In this document: positions 13,250 to 26,574 of the stretch, piece after piece
How positions within the stretch are numbered: position 1 is the stretch's first letter
How the letters are laid out: each line of letters starts with the position of its first letter
Origin: the human T2T-CHM13v2.0 reference genome, Homo sapiens
Strand: one strand, 5' to 3'
DNA: 64,000 nt
NCBI RefSeq assembly: GCF_009914755.1
Contig: NC_060938.1
Position numbers and translations under genes: made by a program
Notes under the pieces: model-generated
What the model saw: the letters and a program-made list of their open reading frames with translations, nothing else
What the model was told of the DNA's origin: nothing
Database searches by the model: none

Positions 13250-16200
13250 GAATGGAAAAAACCCGAATGGAATGGAACGGAATGGAATGGAATGGAATCA
13301 ACCCGAATGGGATGGCATGGAATGGAATTGAATGGAATGGAATGGAATGGAATGGAATGGAATGGAATGGAATCAACCCAAGTGCAATTGAATGGAATGG
13401 AATGCAATGCAATCCACCCGAGTGGAATGGAATGGAGTGGAATGGAATGGAATAGAATGGAATTGAATGGAGTGGAATGGAACGGAATGAAGTGGAATGG
13501 AATAAACTCCAGGGGAATGAAATGGATTGGAGTGAAATGAAATGGAATGCAATGGAATGGAATGGAATGAAATCAACCCGAGTGGAATGGAATGGAATGC
13601 AATGGAATGGAAAGGAATGAATGGAATGGAATGGTGTGGAATCAACACGAGAGGAATGGAATGGAATGGAACAGAACGGAATGGAAAGGAATGGAATGGA
13701 ATGAACCCGAATGGAATGGAATGGATTGGAATGGAATGGAATGGAATCAACCCGAGCGGAAAGGAATAGAAGGACTGGAGTGGAATGGAATGGAATGGAA
13801 TGGAATGGAATGGAATGGAATCAACACGAATGGAAAGGAATGGAATGGAATGGGATGGGATGGAATGGAATGGAATGGAAGTTAATCAACACGAATGGAA
13901 TGTATCTGAATGGAATGGAAAGGAATGAACCCGAATGGAATGGAATGAACCCGAATGGAATGGAATGGATTGGAATGGAATGGAATGGAATCAACCCGAG
14001 CGGAAAGGAATGGAATGGAATGGAGTGGAATGGAATGTAATAGAATGGAATGGAATGGAATGGAATCAACACGAATGGAATGGAACGGAATGGAATGGGA
14101 TGGGATGGAATGGAATGGAATGGAATGAAGTTAATCAACACGAATGGAATGGAACGGAATGGAATTGAATGGAATGGAATGGAATGGAATGAACCCGAAT
14201 GGAATGGAATGGATTGGAATGGAATGGAATGGAATCAACCCGAGCGGAAAGGAATGGAATGGAATGGAGTGGAATGGAATGTAATGGAATGGAACGGAAT
14301 GGAATGGAATCAACACGAATGGAATGGAATGGAATGGAATGGGATGGGAAGGAATGGAATGGAATGGAAGTTAATCAACACGAATGGAATGGAAAGGAAT
14401 GGAATGGAATGGAATGGAATGGAATGGAATGGAATGGAATGGAATGAAATGGAAACGAACGGAATGGAATCAACACGAGTGGAATGGAAAGGAAAGGAAT
14501 GGAATCAACCCGAGTGGAATGAAATGGAATGTAATGCAATGGGATGGAGTGGAATAAACCCAAGTGGAATGGAATGGAATGGAATGGAATGGAATGGAAT
14601 GAAATGGAATGGATCGGAATGGAATCCAATGCAATCAACTGGAATGGAATGGAATGGAATGGAATGGAATGGAATGGAATGGAATTGAATGGAATGGAAT
14701 CAACCCGAATGGAATGCAATGGAATGGAATGGAAAGGAATGGAATGGAATGCAATGGAATGGAATGGAATGGAATGGAATCTACCCGAAAGGGATGGAAT
14801 GGATTCTAATGGAATGGAATGGAATCAACCCGAGCGGAAACGAATGGAATGGAATGGAGTGGAATGGAATGGAATGGAATGGAATGGAATGGAATGGAAT
14901 GGAATCAAAACGAATGGAATGGAATGCAATGGATTGGAATGGGATGAGATGGAATGGAATGGAATGGAAGTTAATCAACATGAATGGAATGGAATGGAAT
15001 GGAATGGAATGGAGTGGAACGGAATGGAATCAACACGAGTGGAATGGAATGGAACGGAATGGAATCAACACGAGTGGAATGAAATGGAATGTAATGCAAT
15101 GGGATGGAGTGGAATCAACCCGAGCGGAATGGAATTGAATGCAGTGGAAAGGAATGAAATGGAATGGATCGGAATGGAATCCAATGGAATCAACTGGAAT
15201 GGAATGGTATGGAAGGGAATGGAATGGAATGGAATGGAATGGAATAAATCCGGGTGGAGTGGAATGGAATGTAATGGAATGGAATATAATGGAATTTATT
15301 GGAATGGAATGGAATGGAATGGAATGGAATGGAATGGAATGGAGTGGAATGGAACGGAATGGAATGGAATGAAATGGATTGGATCGGAATGGAATCCAAT
15401 GGAATCAACTGGAATGGAATGGAATAGAATGGAATAAATCCGTGTGGAGTGGAATGGAATGTAATGGAGTGGAATGGAATGGAATGGAATGGAATGGAAT
15501 GGAAAGGAATCAACCCGAATGGAATTGAACGGAATGGAATGGAAAGGAATGGAATGGAATGGAACGGAATGGAATCAACCCGAATGGGATGGCATGGAAT
15601 GGAATGGAATGGAATGGAATGGAATGCAATGGAATGGAATCAACCCAAGTGCAATGGATGGAATGGAATGCAATGGAATCCACCCGAGTGGAATGGAATG
15701 GAATGGACTGGAATGGAATGGAATGGAATGGAATTCAATGGAGTGGAATGGAACGGAATAGAGTGGAATTGAATAAACACCAGGAGAATGAAATGGATTG
15801 GAATGAAATGGAATGGAATGGAATGGAATGGAATGAAATCAACCCAAATGGAATGGAACGGATTGCAATGGAATGGAAAGGAATGAATGGAATGGAATGG
15901 TGAGGAATCAACACGAGAGGAATGGAATGGAATGGAACGGAACGGAATGGAAAGAAATGGAATGGAATGAACCCGAATGGAATGGAATGGATTGGAATGG
16001 AATGGAATGGAATCAACCCGAGCGGAAAGGAATGGAATGCAATGGAGTGGAATGGAATGTAATGTAATGGAATGGAATGGAATGGAATCATCACGAATGG
16101 AATGGAACGGAATGGAATGGGATGGGATGGAATGGAAGGGAATGGAAGTTAATCAACACGAATGGAATGGAATGGAGAGGAATGGAATGGAATGCAATGG

Positions 16201-16945
16201 AATGGAATGGAATTGAATGGAATGGAATGAAATGGAAAGGAACGGAATGGAATCAACAGGAGAGGAATGGAATGGAACGGAATGGAATCAACCCGAGTGG
16301 AATGAAATGGAATGTAATGCAATGGGATGGAGTGGAATCAACCCGAGTGGAATGGAATGGAATGGAATGGAATGGAATGGAATGGAATGGAATGCAATGA
16401 AATGGAATGGATTGGAATGGAATCCAATGGAATCAACTGGAATGGAATGGAATGGAATGGAATGGAATGGAATGGGTTAAATCCGGGTGGAGTGGAATAG
16501 AATGTAATGGAGTGGAATGTAATGGAATTTAGTGGAATGGAATGGAATGGAATGGAATGAAATGGATTTTAACGGAATGGAATCCAATGGAATCAACTGG
16601 AATGGAATGGAATGGAATGGAATGAAATGGAAAGGAACGGAATGGAATCAACACGAGTGGAATGGAATGGAACGCAATGGAATCAACCCGAGTGGAATGA
16701 AATGGAATGCAATGTAATGGGATGGAGTGGAATCAACCCGAGTGGAATGGAATGGAATGGAATGGAATGAAATGGAATTGATGTGAATGGAATCCAATGG
16801 AATCAACTGGAATGGAATGGAATGGAATGGAATGGAATGGAATGGAATGGAATGGAATAAATCCGGGTGGAGTGGAATGGAATGTAATGGAGTGGAATGT
16901 AATGGAATTTAGTGGAATGGAATGGAATGGAATGGAATGGAATGG
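13250..16945 (+). repeat. 3.7 kb direct repeat, copy 2
   Basis: Same markers as 5690-9370, but visibly more diverged from copy 1 than the 17 kb blocks are from each other. Confidence 0.9.
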
Positions 16946-19900
16946 AAATGGATTGGAATGGAATGGAACGGAATGGAATTGGATGGGATCAATGGAATTG
17001 AATGGAAGTTAATCAACATGAATGGAATGGAACCGAATGGAATGGAATGGAATGGAATGGAATGGAATAAACCTAAATAGAATGGAGTGGATTGGAATGG
17101 AATGGAATGGAATCAACCCGAGCGGAAAGGAATGGAATGGAATGGAGTGGAATGGAATGTAAAGGAATGGAATGGAATGGAATGGAATCAACACGAATGG
17201 AATGGAACGGAATGGAATGCGATGGGATGAAATGGAATGGAATGGAAGTTAATCAACACGAATGGAACGGAACCGAATGGAATGGAATGGAATAGAATGG
17301 AATGGAATGGAATGGAATGAAATGTAAAGGAACGGAATGGAATCAACACGAGTGGAATGGAATCGAACGGAATGGAATCAACCCGAGTGGAATGAAATGG
17401 AATATAATGCAATGGGAAGGAATGGAATCAACCCGAGTGGAATGGAATGGAATGGAATGGAATGGAATGGATCGGAATGGAATCCATTGGAATCAACTGG
17501 AATGGAATGGAATGGAATGGAATGGAATGGAATGGAATGGAATGGAATGGAATGGAATAAATCCGAGTGGAGTGGAAAAGAATGTAATGGAGTGGAATGT
17601 AAAGGAATTTAGTGGAATGGAATTGAATGGATTGGAATGGAATGGAAAGAAATGGATTGGATAGGTGTGGAATCCAATGGAATCAACTGGAATGGAATGA
17701 AATGGAATGGAATGGATTAAATCCGGTTGGAGTGCGATGGAATGTAATGGAATGGAATGGAATGGAATTTAATAGAATGGAATGGAATGGAAAGGAATGG
17801 AATGGAATGGAATGGAATAGAATCAATCCAAGTGCAATGCAATGGAATGGAATGCAATGGAATCCACCCGAGTGGAATGGAATGGAATGGAATGGAATGG
17901 AATGGAGTGGAATGGAACGGAATGGAGTGGATTGGAATAAACACCAGGGGAATGAAATGGTTTGGAATGAAATCGAATGGAATGGAATGAAATAAACCGA
18001 GTGGAATGGAACGGAATGGAATGGAATGGAAAGGAATGAATGGAATGGAATGGTGTGGAATCAACATGAGAGGAATGGAATGTTATGGAACGGAATGGAA
18101 TGGCAAGGAATGGAATGGAATGAACCCGAATGGAATGGAATGGATTGGAATGGAATGGAATGGAATCAACCCGAGAGAAAGGAATGGAATGGAATGTAAT
18201 GGAATGGAATGTAATGGAGTGGAATGGAATGGAATTTAGTCGAATGGAATGGAATGCAGTGGAATGGAATAGAATGAACCCGAATGGAATCGAATGGATT
18301 GGAATGGAATGGAATGGAATCAACCCGAGCGGAAAGGAATCTAATGGAATGGAGTGGAATGGAATGGAATCAACACGAATGGAATGGAAGGGAATGGAAT
18401 TGGATGGGATGGGATGGAATGGAATGGAAGTTAATCAACATGAATGGAATAGAACGGAATGGAATGGATTGGAATGGAATGGAATGGAATGGAATGAAAT
18501 GGAAAGGAATGGAATGGAATCAACACGAGTGGAATTGAATGGAACGGAATGGAATCAACCCGAGTGGAATGAAATAGAATGTAGTGCAATGGGATGGAGT
18601 GGAATCAACCCGAGTGGAATGGAATGGAATGGAATGGAATGGAATGAAATGGAATGGATAAGAATGGCATCCAATGGAATCAACTGGAATGGAATGGAAA
18701 GGAATGGAATGGAATAAATCCGAGCGGATTGGAATGGAATGTAATGGAGTGGAATTTAATGGAATTTATTGGTATGGAATGGAATGGAATGGAATGATAT
18801 GGATTGGATCGGAATGAAATCCAATGGATTAAACTGGAATGGAATAGAATGGAATGGAATGGAATGGAATGGAATAAATCCGGGTGGAGTTGAATGGAAT
18901 ATAATGGAGTGGAATGGAATTGAATTTAGTGGAATGGAATCAACCCGAATGGGATGGAATGGAATGGAATTGAATGGAATGCAATGGAATGGAATGGAAT
19001 GGAATGGAATGGAATGGAATGGAATGGAATGGAATCAACCCGAGTGGAATGGAATGGAATGGAATGGAACGGAATGGAGTGGAATGGAATAAACACCAGG
19101 GTAATGAAATGGATTGGAATGAAATGGATTGGAATGGAATGGAATGGAATGAAATCAACCCGAGTGGAATGGAACGCAATGGAATGGAATGGAAAGGAAT
19201 GAATGGAATGGAATGGTGTGGAATCAACACGAGAGAAATGGAATGGAATGGAATGGGACGGAACGGAATGGAAAGGAATGGAATGGAATGAACCCGAATG
19301 GAATGGAATGGATTGGAATGGAATGGAATGGAATCAACCCGAGCGGAAAGGAGTGGAATGGAATGGAGTGGAATGGAATGGAATGGAATCAACACGAATG
19401 GAATGGAACGGAATGGAATGGTATGGGATGGAATGGAATGGAAGGGAAGTTAATCAACACGAATGGAATGGAACGAAATGGAATGGAATGGAATGGAATG
19501 GAATGGAATGAAATTGAAAGGAACGGAATGGAATCAAGACTAGTGGAATGGAATGGAACGGAATGGAATCAACCCGAGTGGAATGAAATGGAATGAAATG
19601 CAATGGGATGGAGTGGAATCAACCCGAGTGGAATGGAATGGAATGGAATGGAATGGAATGGAATGGAATAGAAAGGAATGGAATGGAATGAAATGGAATG
19701 TATCGTAATGAAATCCAATGGAATCAACTGGAATGCAATGGAATGGAATGGAATGGAATAAATCCGGGTGGAGTGGAATGGAATGTAATGGAGTGGAATG
19801 TAATGGAATTTAGTGGAATGGAATGGAATGGAATGGAATGCAATGGAATGCAATGGAATGGAATGAAATGGATTGGATCGGAATGGCATCCAATGGAATC

Positions 19901-22900
19901 AACTGGAATGGATTGGAATGGAATGGAATGGAATAAACCCGGGTGGAGTGGAATGGAATGTAATGGAGTGGAATGGAATGGAATTTAGTGGAATGGAATG
20001 GAATGGAATGCAATGGAATAGAATATAATGGAATGGAATGGAATGGAATGGAATCAACCCAAGTGCAATGCAATGGAATGGAATGCAATGGAATCCACCC
20101 GAGTGGAATGGAATGGAATGGAATGGAATGGAATGGAATGGAATGGAGTGGAATGGAACGGAATGGAATGGAATGGAATAAACACCAGGGGAATGAAATG
20201 GATTGGAATGAAATAGAATGGAATGGAATGGAATAGAATGAAATCAAACAGATTGGAATGGAACGGCATGGAATGGAATGGAAGGGAATGAATGGAATGG
20301 AATGGTGTGGAATCAACACGAGAGGAATGGAATGGAACGGAATGGAACGGAACGGAATGGAAAGAAATGGAATGAAATGAACCCGAAAGGAATGGAATGG
20401 ATTGGAATGGAATGGAGTGGAATGGAACGGAATGGAGTGGAATGGAATAAACACCAGGGGAATGAAATGGATTGGAATGAAATGGATTGGAATGGAATGG
20501 AATGGAATGAAATCAACCCGTGTGGAATGGAACGGAATGGAATGGAAAGGAATGAATGGAAAGGAATGGTGTGGAATCAACACGAGAGGAATGGAATGGA
20601 ATGGAATGGAACGGAACGGAATGGAATCAACACGAGTGGAATGGAATGGAACGGAATGGAATCAACCCGAGTGGAATGAAATAGAATGTAATGCAATGGG
20701 ATGGAGTGGAATCAACCCGAGTGGAATGGAATGGAATGGAATGAAACGAAATGGCATGGATCGGAATCAAATCCAATGGAATCATCTGGAATGGAATGGA
20801 ATGTAATGGAATGGAACGGAATGGAATAAATCCGGGTGGAGTGGAATGGAATGAAATGGAGTGGAATATAATGGAATTTAGTGGAATGGAATGGAATGGA
20901 ATGGTATGGAATAGAATGAAATGGATTGGATCGGAATGGAATCTAATGGAATCAACTGGAATGGAATGTAATGGAATGGAATGGAATGAAATAAATCCGT
21001 GTGGAGTGGAATGGAATGTAATGGAATGGAATGGAATGGATTTTACTGGAATGGAATGGAATGGAATGGAATGGAATGGAATGGAATGGAATGAAATGGA
21101 ATCAACCCGAATGGAATGGAACGGAATGGAATGGAAAGGAGTGGAATGGAATGGAATGGAATGGAATGGCATCAACACGAATGGGATGGCATGGAATGGA
21201 ATTGAATGGAATGGAATGGAATGGAATGGAATGGAATCAACCATAGTGCAATGGAATGGAATGGAACGGAATGGAATCAACACGAGTGGAATGAAATGGA
21301 ACGGAATGGAATGGAATGGAATGGAATGGAATGGAATGGAATGGAATGAAATCAACCCGAGTGGAATGGAACGGAATGGATTGGAATGGAAAGGAATGAA
21401 GCGAATGGTATGGTGTGGAATCAACACGAGAGGAATGGAATGGAATGGAATGGAACGGAACGGAATGGAAAGGAATGGAATGGAATGAACACGAATGGAA
21501 TGGAATGGAATGGATTGGAATGGAATGGAATCAACCAGAGCGGAAAGGAATGGAAGGGAATGGAGTGGAATATAATGTAATGGAATGGAATGGAATGGAA
21601 TGCAATCAACAGGAATGCAATGGAACGGAATGTAATGCGATGGGATGGAATGGAATGGAATGGAAGTTAATCAACACGAATGGAACTGAACGGAATGGAA
21701 TGGAATGGAATAGAATGGAATGCAATGGAATGGAATGGAATGGAATGGAATGCAATCAACTCGAATGGAATGGAACGGAATGGAATGGAATGGAATGGAA
21801 TGGAATCAACCCGAATGGAATGGAACGAAATGGAAAGGAAATGAATGGAATGGAATGGAATGGAATTGAATGGAATGTAATAAAACCGAATGGGATGGCA
21901 TGGAATGGAATTGAATGGAATGGAATGGAATCAACCCGAATGGGATGGCATGGAATGGAATGGAATGGAATGGAAAGGAATCAACCCAAGTGCAATGGAA
22001 TACAATGGAATGCAATGGAATCCATCCGTTTGGAATGGAATGGAATGGAATGGAATGGAATGGAATGGAATGGAGTGGAATGGAACGGAATGGAGTGGAA
22101 TGGAATAAACACCAGGGGAATGAAATGGATTGGAATGAAATGGAATGGAATGGAGTGGAATGGAATGAAATCAACCCGAGTGGAATGGAACGGTATGGAA
22201 TAGAATGGAAAGGAATGAATGCAATGGAATGGTGTGGAATCAACACGAGAGGAATGGAATGGAATGGAATGGAACGGAACGGAATGGAAAGGAGTGGAAT
22301 GTAATGAACCCGAATGGAATGGAATGGAATGGAATGGAATGGAATGGAATGGAATCAACACGAATGAAATGGAACGGAATGGAATGGGATGGGATGGAAA
22401 GGAATGGAATGCAAGTTAATCAACACGAATGGAATGGAACGGAATGGAATGGAATGAAAAGGAAAGGAACAGAATGGCATCAACACGAGTGGAATGGAAT
22501 GGAACGGAATGGAATCAAGCCGAGTGGAATGAAATGGAACGTAATGCAATGGGATGGAGTGGAATCACCCCGAGTGGAATGGAATGGAATGGAATGGAAT
22601 GAAATGGAATGGATCGGAATGGAATCCAATGGAATCAACTGGAATGGAATGGAATGGAATGGAATGGAATAAATCCGGGTGGAGAGGAATGGAATGTAAT
22701 GGAGTGGAATGAAATGGAATTTAGTGGAATGGAATGGAATGGAATGGAATGGAATGGAATGAACCCGAATGGAATGGAATGGATTGGAACGAAATGGAAT
22801 GGAATCAACCGTAGCCGAAAGGAATGGAAAGGAATGCAGTGGAATGGAATTTAATGGAATGGAATGGAATCAACACGAATGGAATGGAACGGAATGGAAT

Positions 22901-25900
22901 GGGATGGAATGGAACGGAATGGAATTGGATGGGACGGAATGGAATGGAATGGAAGTTAATCAACACGAATGGAATGGAACAGACTGGAATGGAATGGAAT
23001 GGAATGGAGTGGAATGAAATGGAAAGGAACGGAATGGTATCAACACGAGTGGTATGGAATGGAACGGAATGGAATCAACCCGAGTGGGATGAAATGGAAT
23101 GTAATGCAATGGGATGGAGTGGAATCAACCCGAGTGGAATGAAATGGAATGGAATGGAATGGAATGGAGTGGAATGGAATGGAATGGAATGAAATGGAAT
23201 GGATCGGAATGGAATCCAATGGAATCAACTGGAATGGAATGGAATGGAATGGAATGGAATAAATCCGGGTGGAGTGGAATGGAATGGAATGGAGTGGAAT
23301 GTAATGGAATTTAGTGGAATGGAATGGAATGGAATGGAATGGAGTGGAATATAATGGAATTTAGTGGAATGTAATGGAATGGAATGGAATGAAATGGATT
23401 GGAATGGAACGGAATGGAATCAATCAGAATGGAATGGAACGGAATGGAATGGAATGGAATGGAATGGAATGGAATGGAATGGAGTAGAATGGAATGGAAT
23501 CAACACGAATGACGTTGCATAGAATGGAATGGAATGGAATGGAATGGAATGGAATGGAATGGAATCAACCCGAATGGAATGGAACGAAATGGAAGGGAAA
23601 TGAATGGAATGGAATGGAATGGAATTGAATGGAATGGAATCAACCCGAGTGGAAAGGAATGGAATGGAATGGAGTGGAATGGAATGGAATGCAATGGAAT
23701 GGAATGGAATGGAATGGAATCAACACGAATGGAATGGAACGGAATGGAGTGGGATGGAAAGGAATGGAATGGAATGCAAGTTAATCAACACGAATGGAAT
23801 GGAACGGAACGGAATGGAATGAAAAGGAAAGGAAAAGAATGGCATCAACACGAGTGGGATGGAATGGAACGGAATGGAATCAACCAGAGTGGAATGAAAT
23901 GGAATGTAATGCAGTGGGATGAAGTGGAATCACCCCGAGTGGAATGGAATGGAATGAAATGGAATGGATCGGAATGGAATCCAATGGAATCAACTGGAAT
24001 GAAATGGAATGGAATGGAATGGAATGGAATAAATCCGGGTGGAGTGGAATGGAATGTAATGGAGTGGAATGTAATGGAATTTAGTGGAATGGAATAGAAT
24101 GGAATGGAATGAAATGGATTGGAATGGAATGGAATCAACCCGAATGGAATGGAACGGAATGGAATGGAATGGAATGGAATGGAATGGAATGGAATCAACA
24201 CGACTGACATGGCATAGAATGGAATGGAATGGAATGGAAAGGAAAGGAATGGAATCAACCCGAATGGAATGGAACGAAATGGAATGGAAATGAATGGAAT
24301 GGAATGGAATGGAATTGAATGGAATGGAATCAACCCGAATGGCATGGCATGGAATGGAATGGAATGGAATGGAATGGAATGGAATGGAATGGAATCAACA
24401 CAAGTGCAATGGAATGGAATGGAATGCAATGGAATCCACCCGAGTTGAATGGAATGGAATGGAATGGAATGGGATGGAATGGAATGGAATGGAGTGGAAT
24501 GGAACGGAATGGAGTGGAATGGAATAAACACCAGGGGAATGAAATGGATTGGAATGAAATGGAATGGAATGGAGTGGAATGGAATGAAATCAACCCGAGT
24601 GGAATGGAACGGAATGGAATAGAATGGAAAGGAATGAATGGAATTGAATTTTGTGGAATCAACACGAGAGGAATGGAATGGAATGGAATGGAACGGAACG
24701 GAATGGAAAGGAATGGAATGGAATGAACCCGAATGGAATGGAATGGATTGGAATGGAATGGAATGGAATCAACCCGAGCGGAAAGGAATGGAATGGAATG
24801 GAGTGGAATGGAATGCAATGGAATGGAATGGAATGGAATCAACACGAATGGAATGGAACGGAATGGAATGGGATGGGATGGAATGGAATGGAATGTAAGT
24901 TAATCAACACGAATGGAATGGAACGGAATGGAATGGAATGAAAAGGAAAGGAACAGAATGGCATCAACACGAATGGAATGGAATGGAACGGAAAGGAATC
25001 AACCCGAGTGGAATGAAATGGAATGTAATGCAATGGGATGGAGGGGAATCACCCCGAGTGGAATGGAATGGAATGGAACGGAATGAAATGGAATGGATCG
25101 GAATGGAATCCAATGGAATCAACTGGAATGGAATGGAATGGAATGGAATGGAATGGAATAAATCCGGGTGGAGTGGAATGGAATGTAATGGATTGGAATG
25201 AAATGGAATTTAGTGGAATGGAATGGAATGGAATGGAATGGAATGGAATGGAATGGAATGGATTGGATCGCAATGGAATACAATGGAATCAACTGGAATG
25301 GAATGGAATGGAATGGAATGGAATAAATCCGGTTGGAGTGGAATGGAATGTAATGGAGTGGAATGGATTGGAATTTAGTGGAATGGAATGGAATGGAATG
25401 GAATGGAATGGAATGGAATAGATTTAATTGGAATGGAATCCATTGGAATCAACTGGAATGGAATGGAATGGAATGCAATGGAATGTAATGGAATTTAATG
25501 GAATGGAATGGAATGGAATGGAATGAAATGGATTGGATAGGAATGGAATCCAATGGAATCAACTGGAATGGAATGGAATGGAATGGAATGCAATGGAATG
25601 GAATAAATCCGGGTGGAGTGGAATGGAATGTAATGGAGTGGAATGCAATGGAATTTAGTGGAATGGAATGGAATGGAATGGAATGGAATGGAATGGAATC
25701 AACCCGAATGGAATGGAACGGAATGGAATGGAATGGAATGGAATGGAATGGAATGGAATGGAATGGAATGGAATCAACACGAATGACACGGCATAGAATG
25801 GAATAGAATGGAATGGAATGGAATGGAATGGAATGGAATCAACCCGAATGGAATGGAACGAAATGGAATGGAAATGAATGGAATGGAATGGAATGGAATT

Positions 25901-26560
25901 GAATAGAATGGAATCAACCCGAATGGGATGGCAGGGAATGGAATTGAATGGAATGGAATGGAATGGAATGGAATCAACCCAAGTGCAATGGAATGGAATG
26001 GAATACAATGGAGTCCACCCGAGTAGAATGGAATGGAACGGAATGGAATGGAATGGAATACAATGGAATCCACCCGAGTAGAATGGAATGGAATGGAATG
26101 GAATGGAATGGAATGGAGTGGAATGAAACGGAATGGAGTGGAATGGAATAAACACCAGGGGAATGAAATGGATTGGAATGAAATGGAATGGAATGGAGTG
26201 GAATGGAATGAAATCAACCCGAGTGGAATGGAACGGAATGGAATAGAACGGAAAGGAATGAATGGAATGGAATGCTGTGGAATCAACACGAGAGGAACGG
26301 AATGGAATGGAATGGAACGGAACGGAATGGAAAGGAATGGAATGGATTGAACCCGAATGGAATGGAATGGATTGGAATGCAATGGAATGGAATCAACCCG
26401 AGCGGAAAGGAATGGAATGGAATGGAGTGGAATGGAATGGAATGGAATGGAATGGAATGGAGTGGAATGGAATGGAATCAACACGAATGGAATGGAACGG
26501 AATGGAATGGGATGGGATAGAATGGAATGGAATGGAAGTTAATCAACACGAATGGGATGG
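16946..26560 (+). repeat. Island of more diverged HSat3 monomers, single copy in the window
   Basis: Many private variants (GATAGGTGTGG, AGTGCGATGG, GAAGCGAATGG, CCGTAGCCG, GACGTTGCATAG). It lacks the ACTAGT, GAATTC and CTCCCTAAG markers used by the flanks. Confidence 0.8.
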
Positions 26561-26574
26561 AATGGAATGGAATG

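Larger units (their letters stand above)
1..16945 (+). repeat. ~17 kb block, copy A (left end runs off the window)
   Basis: Rare variants recur in the same order ~35.94-35.99 kb downstream: TGTAATAGGA 331/36272, GTTACTGAACACG 4642/40593, GTATCTAAAT 6351/42307, GGAAACGAAC 14451/50432. The ORF track pairs the same way (150/36091, 16532/52518). Confidence 0.95.

Noticed and set aside
23510-23515. TGACGT (CRE/ATF-like half site)
   Set aside because: Single occurrence, not kept in the sister words at 24195 and 25774, so best explained as chance mutation.
16946-26560. Island as a mobile element insertion
   Set aside because: It is satellite throughout, with no terminal repeats, poly(A) tail, coding capacity or flanking target-site duplication.
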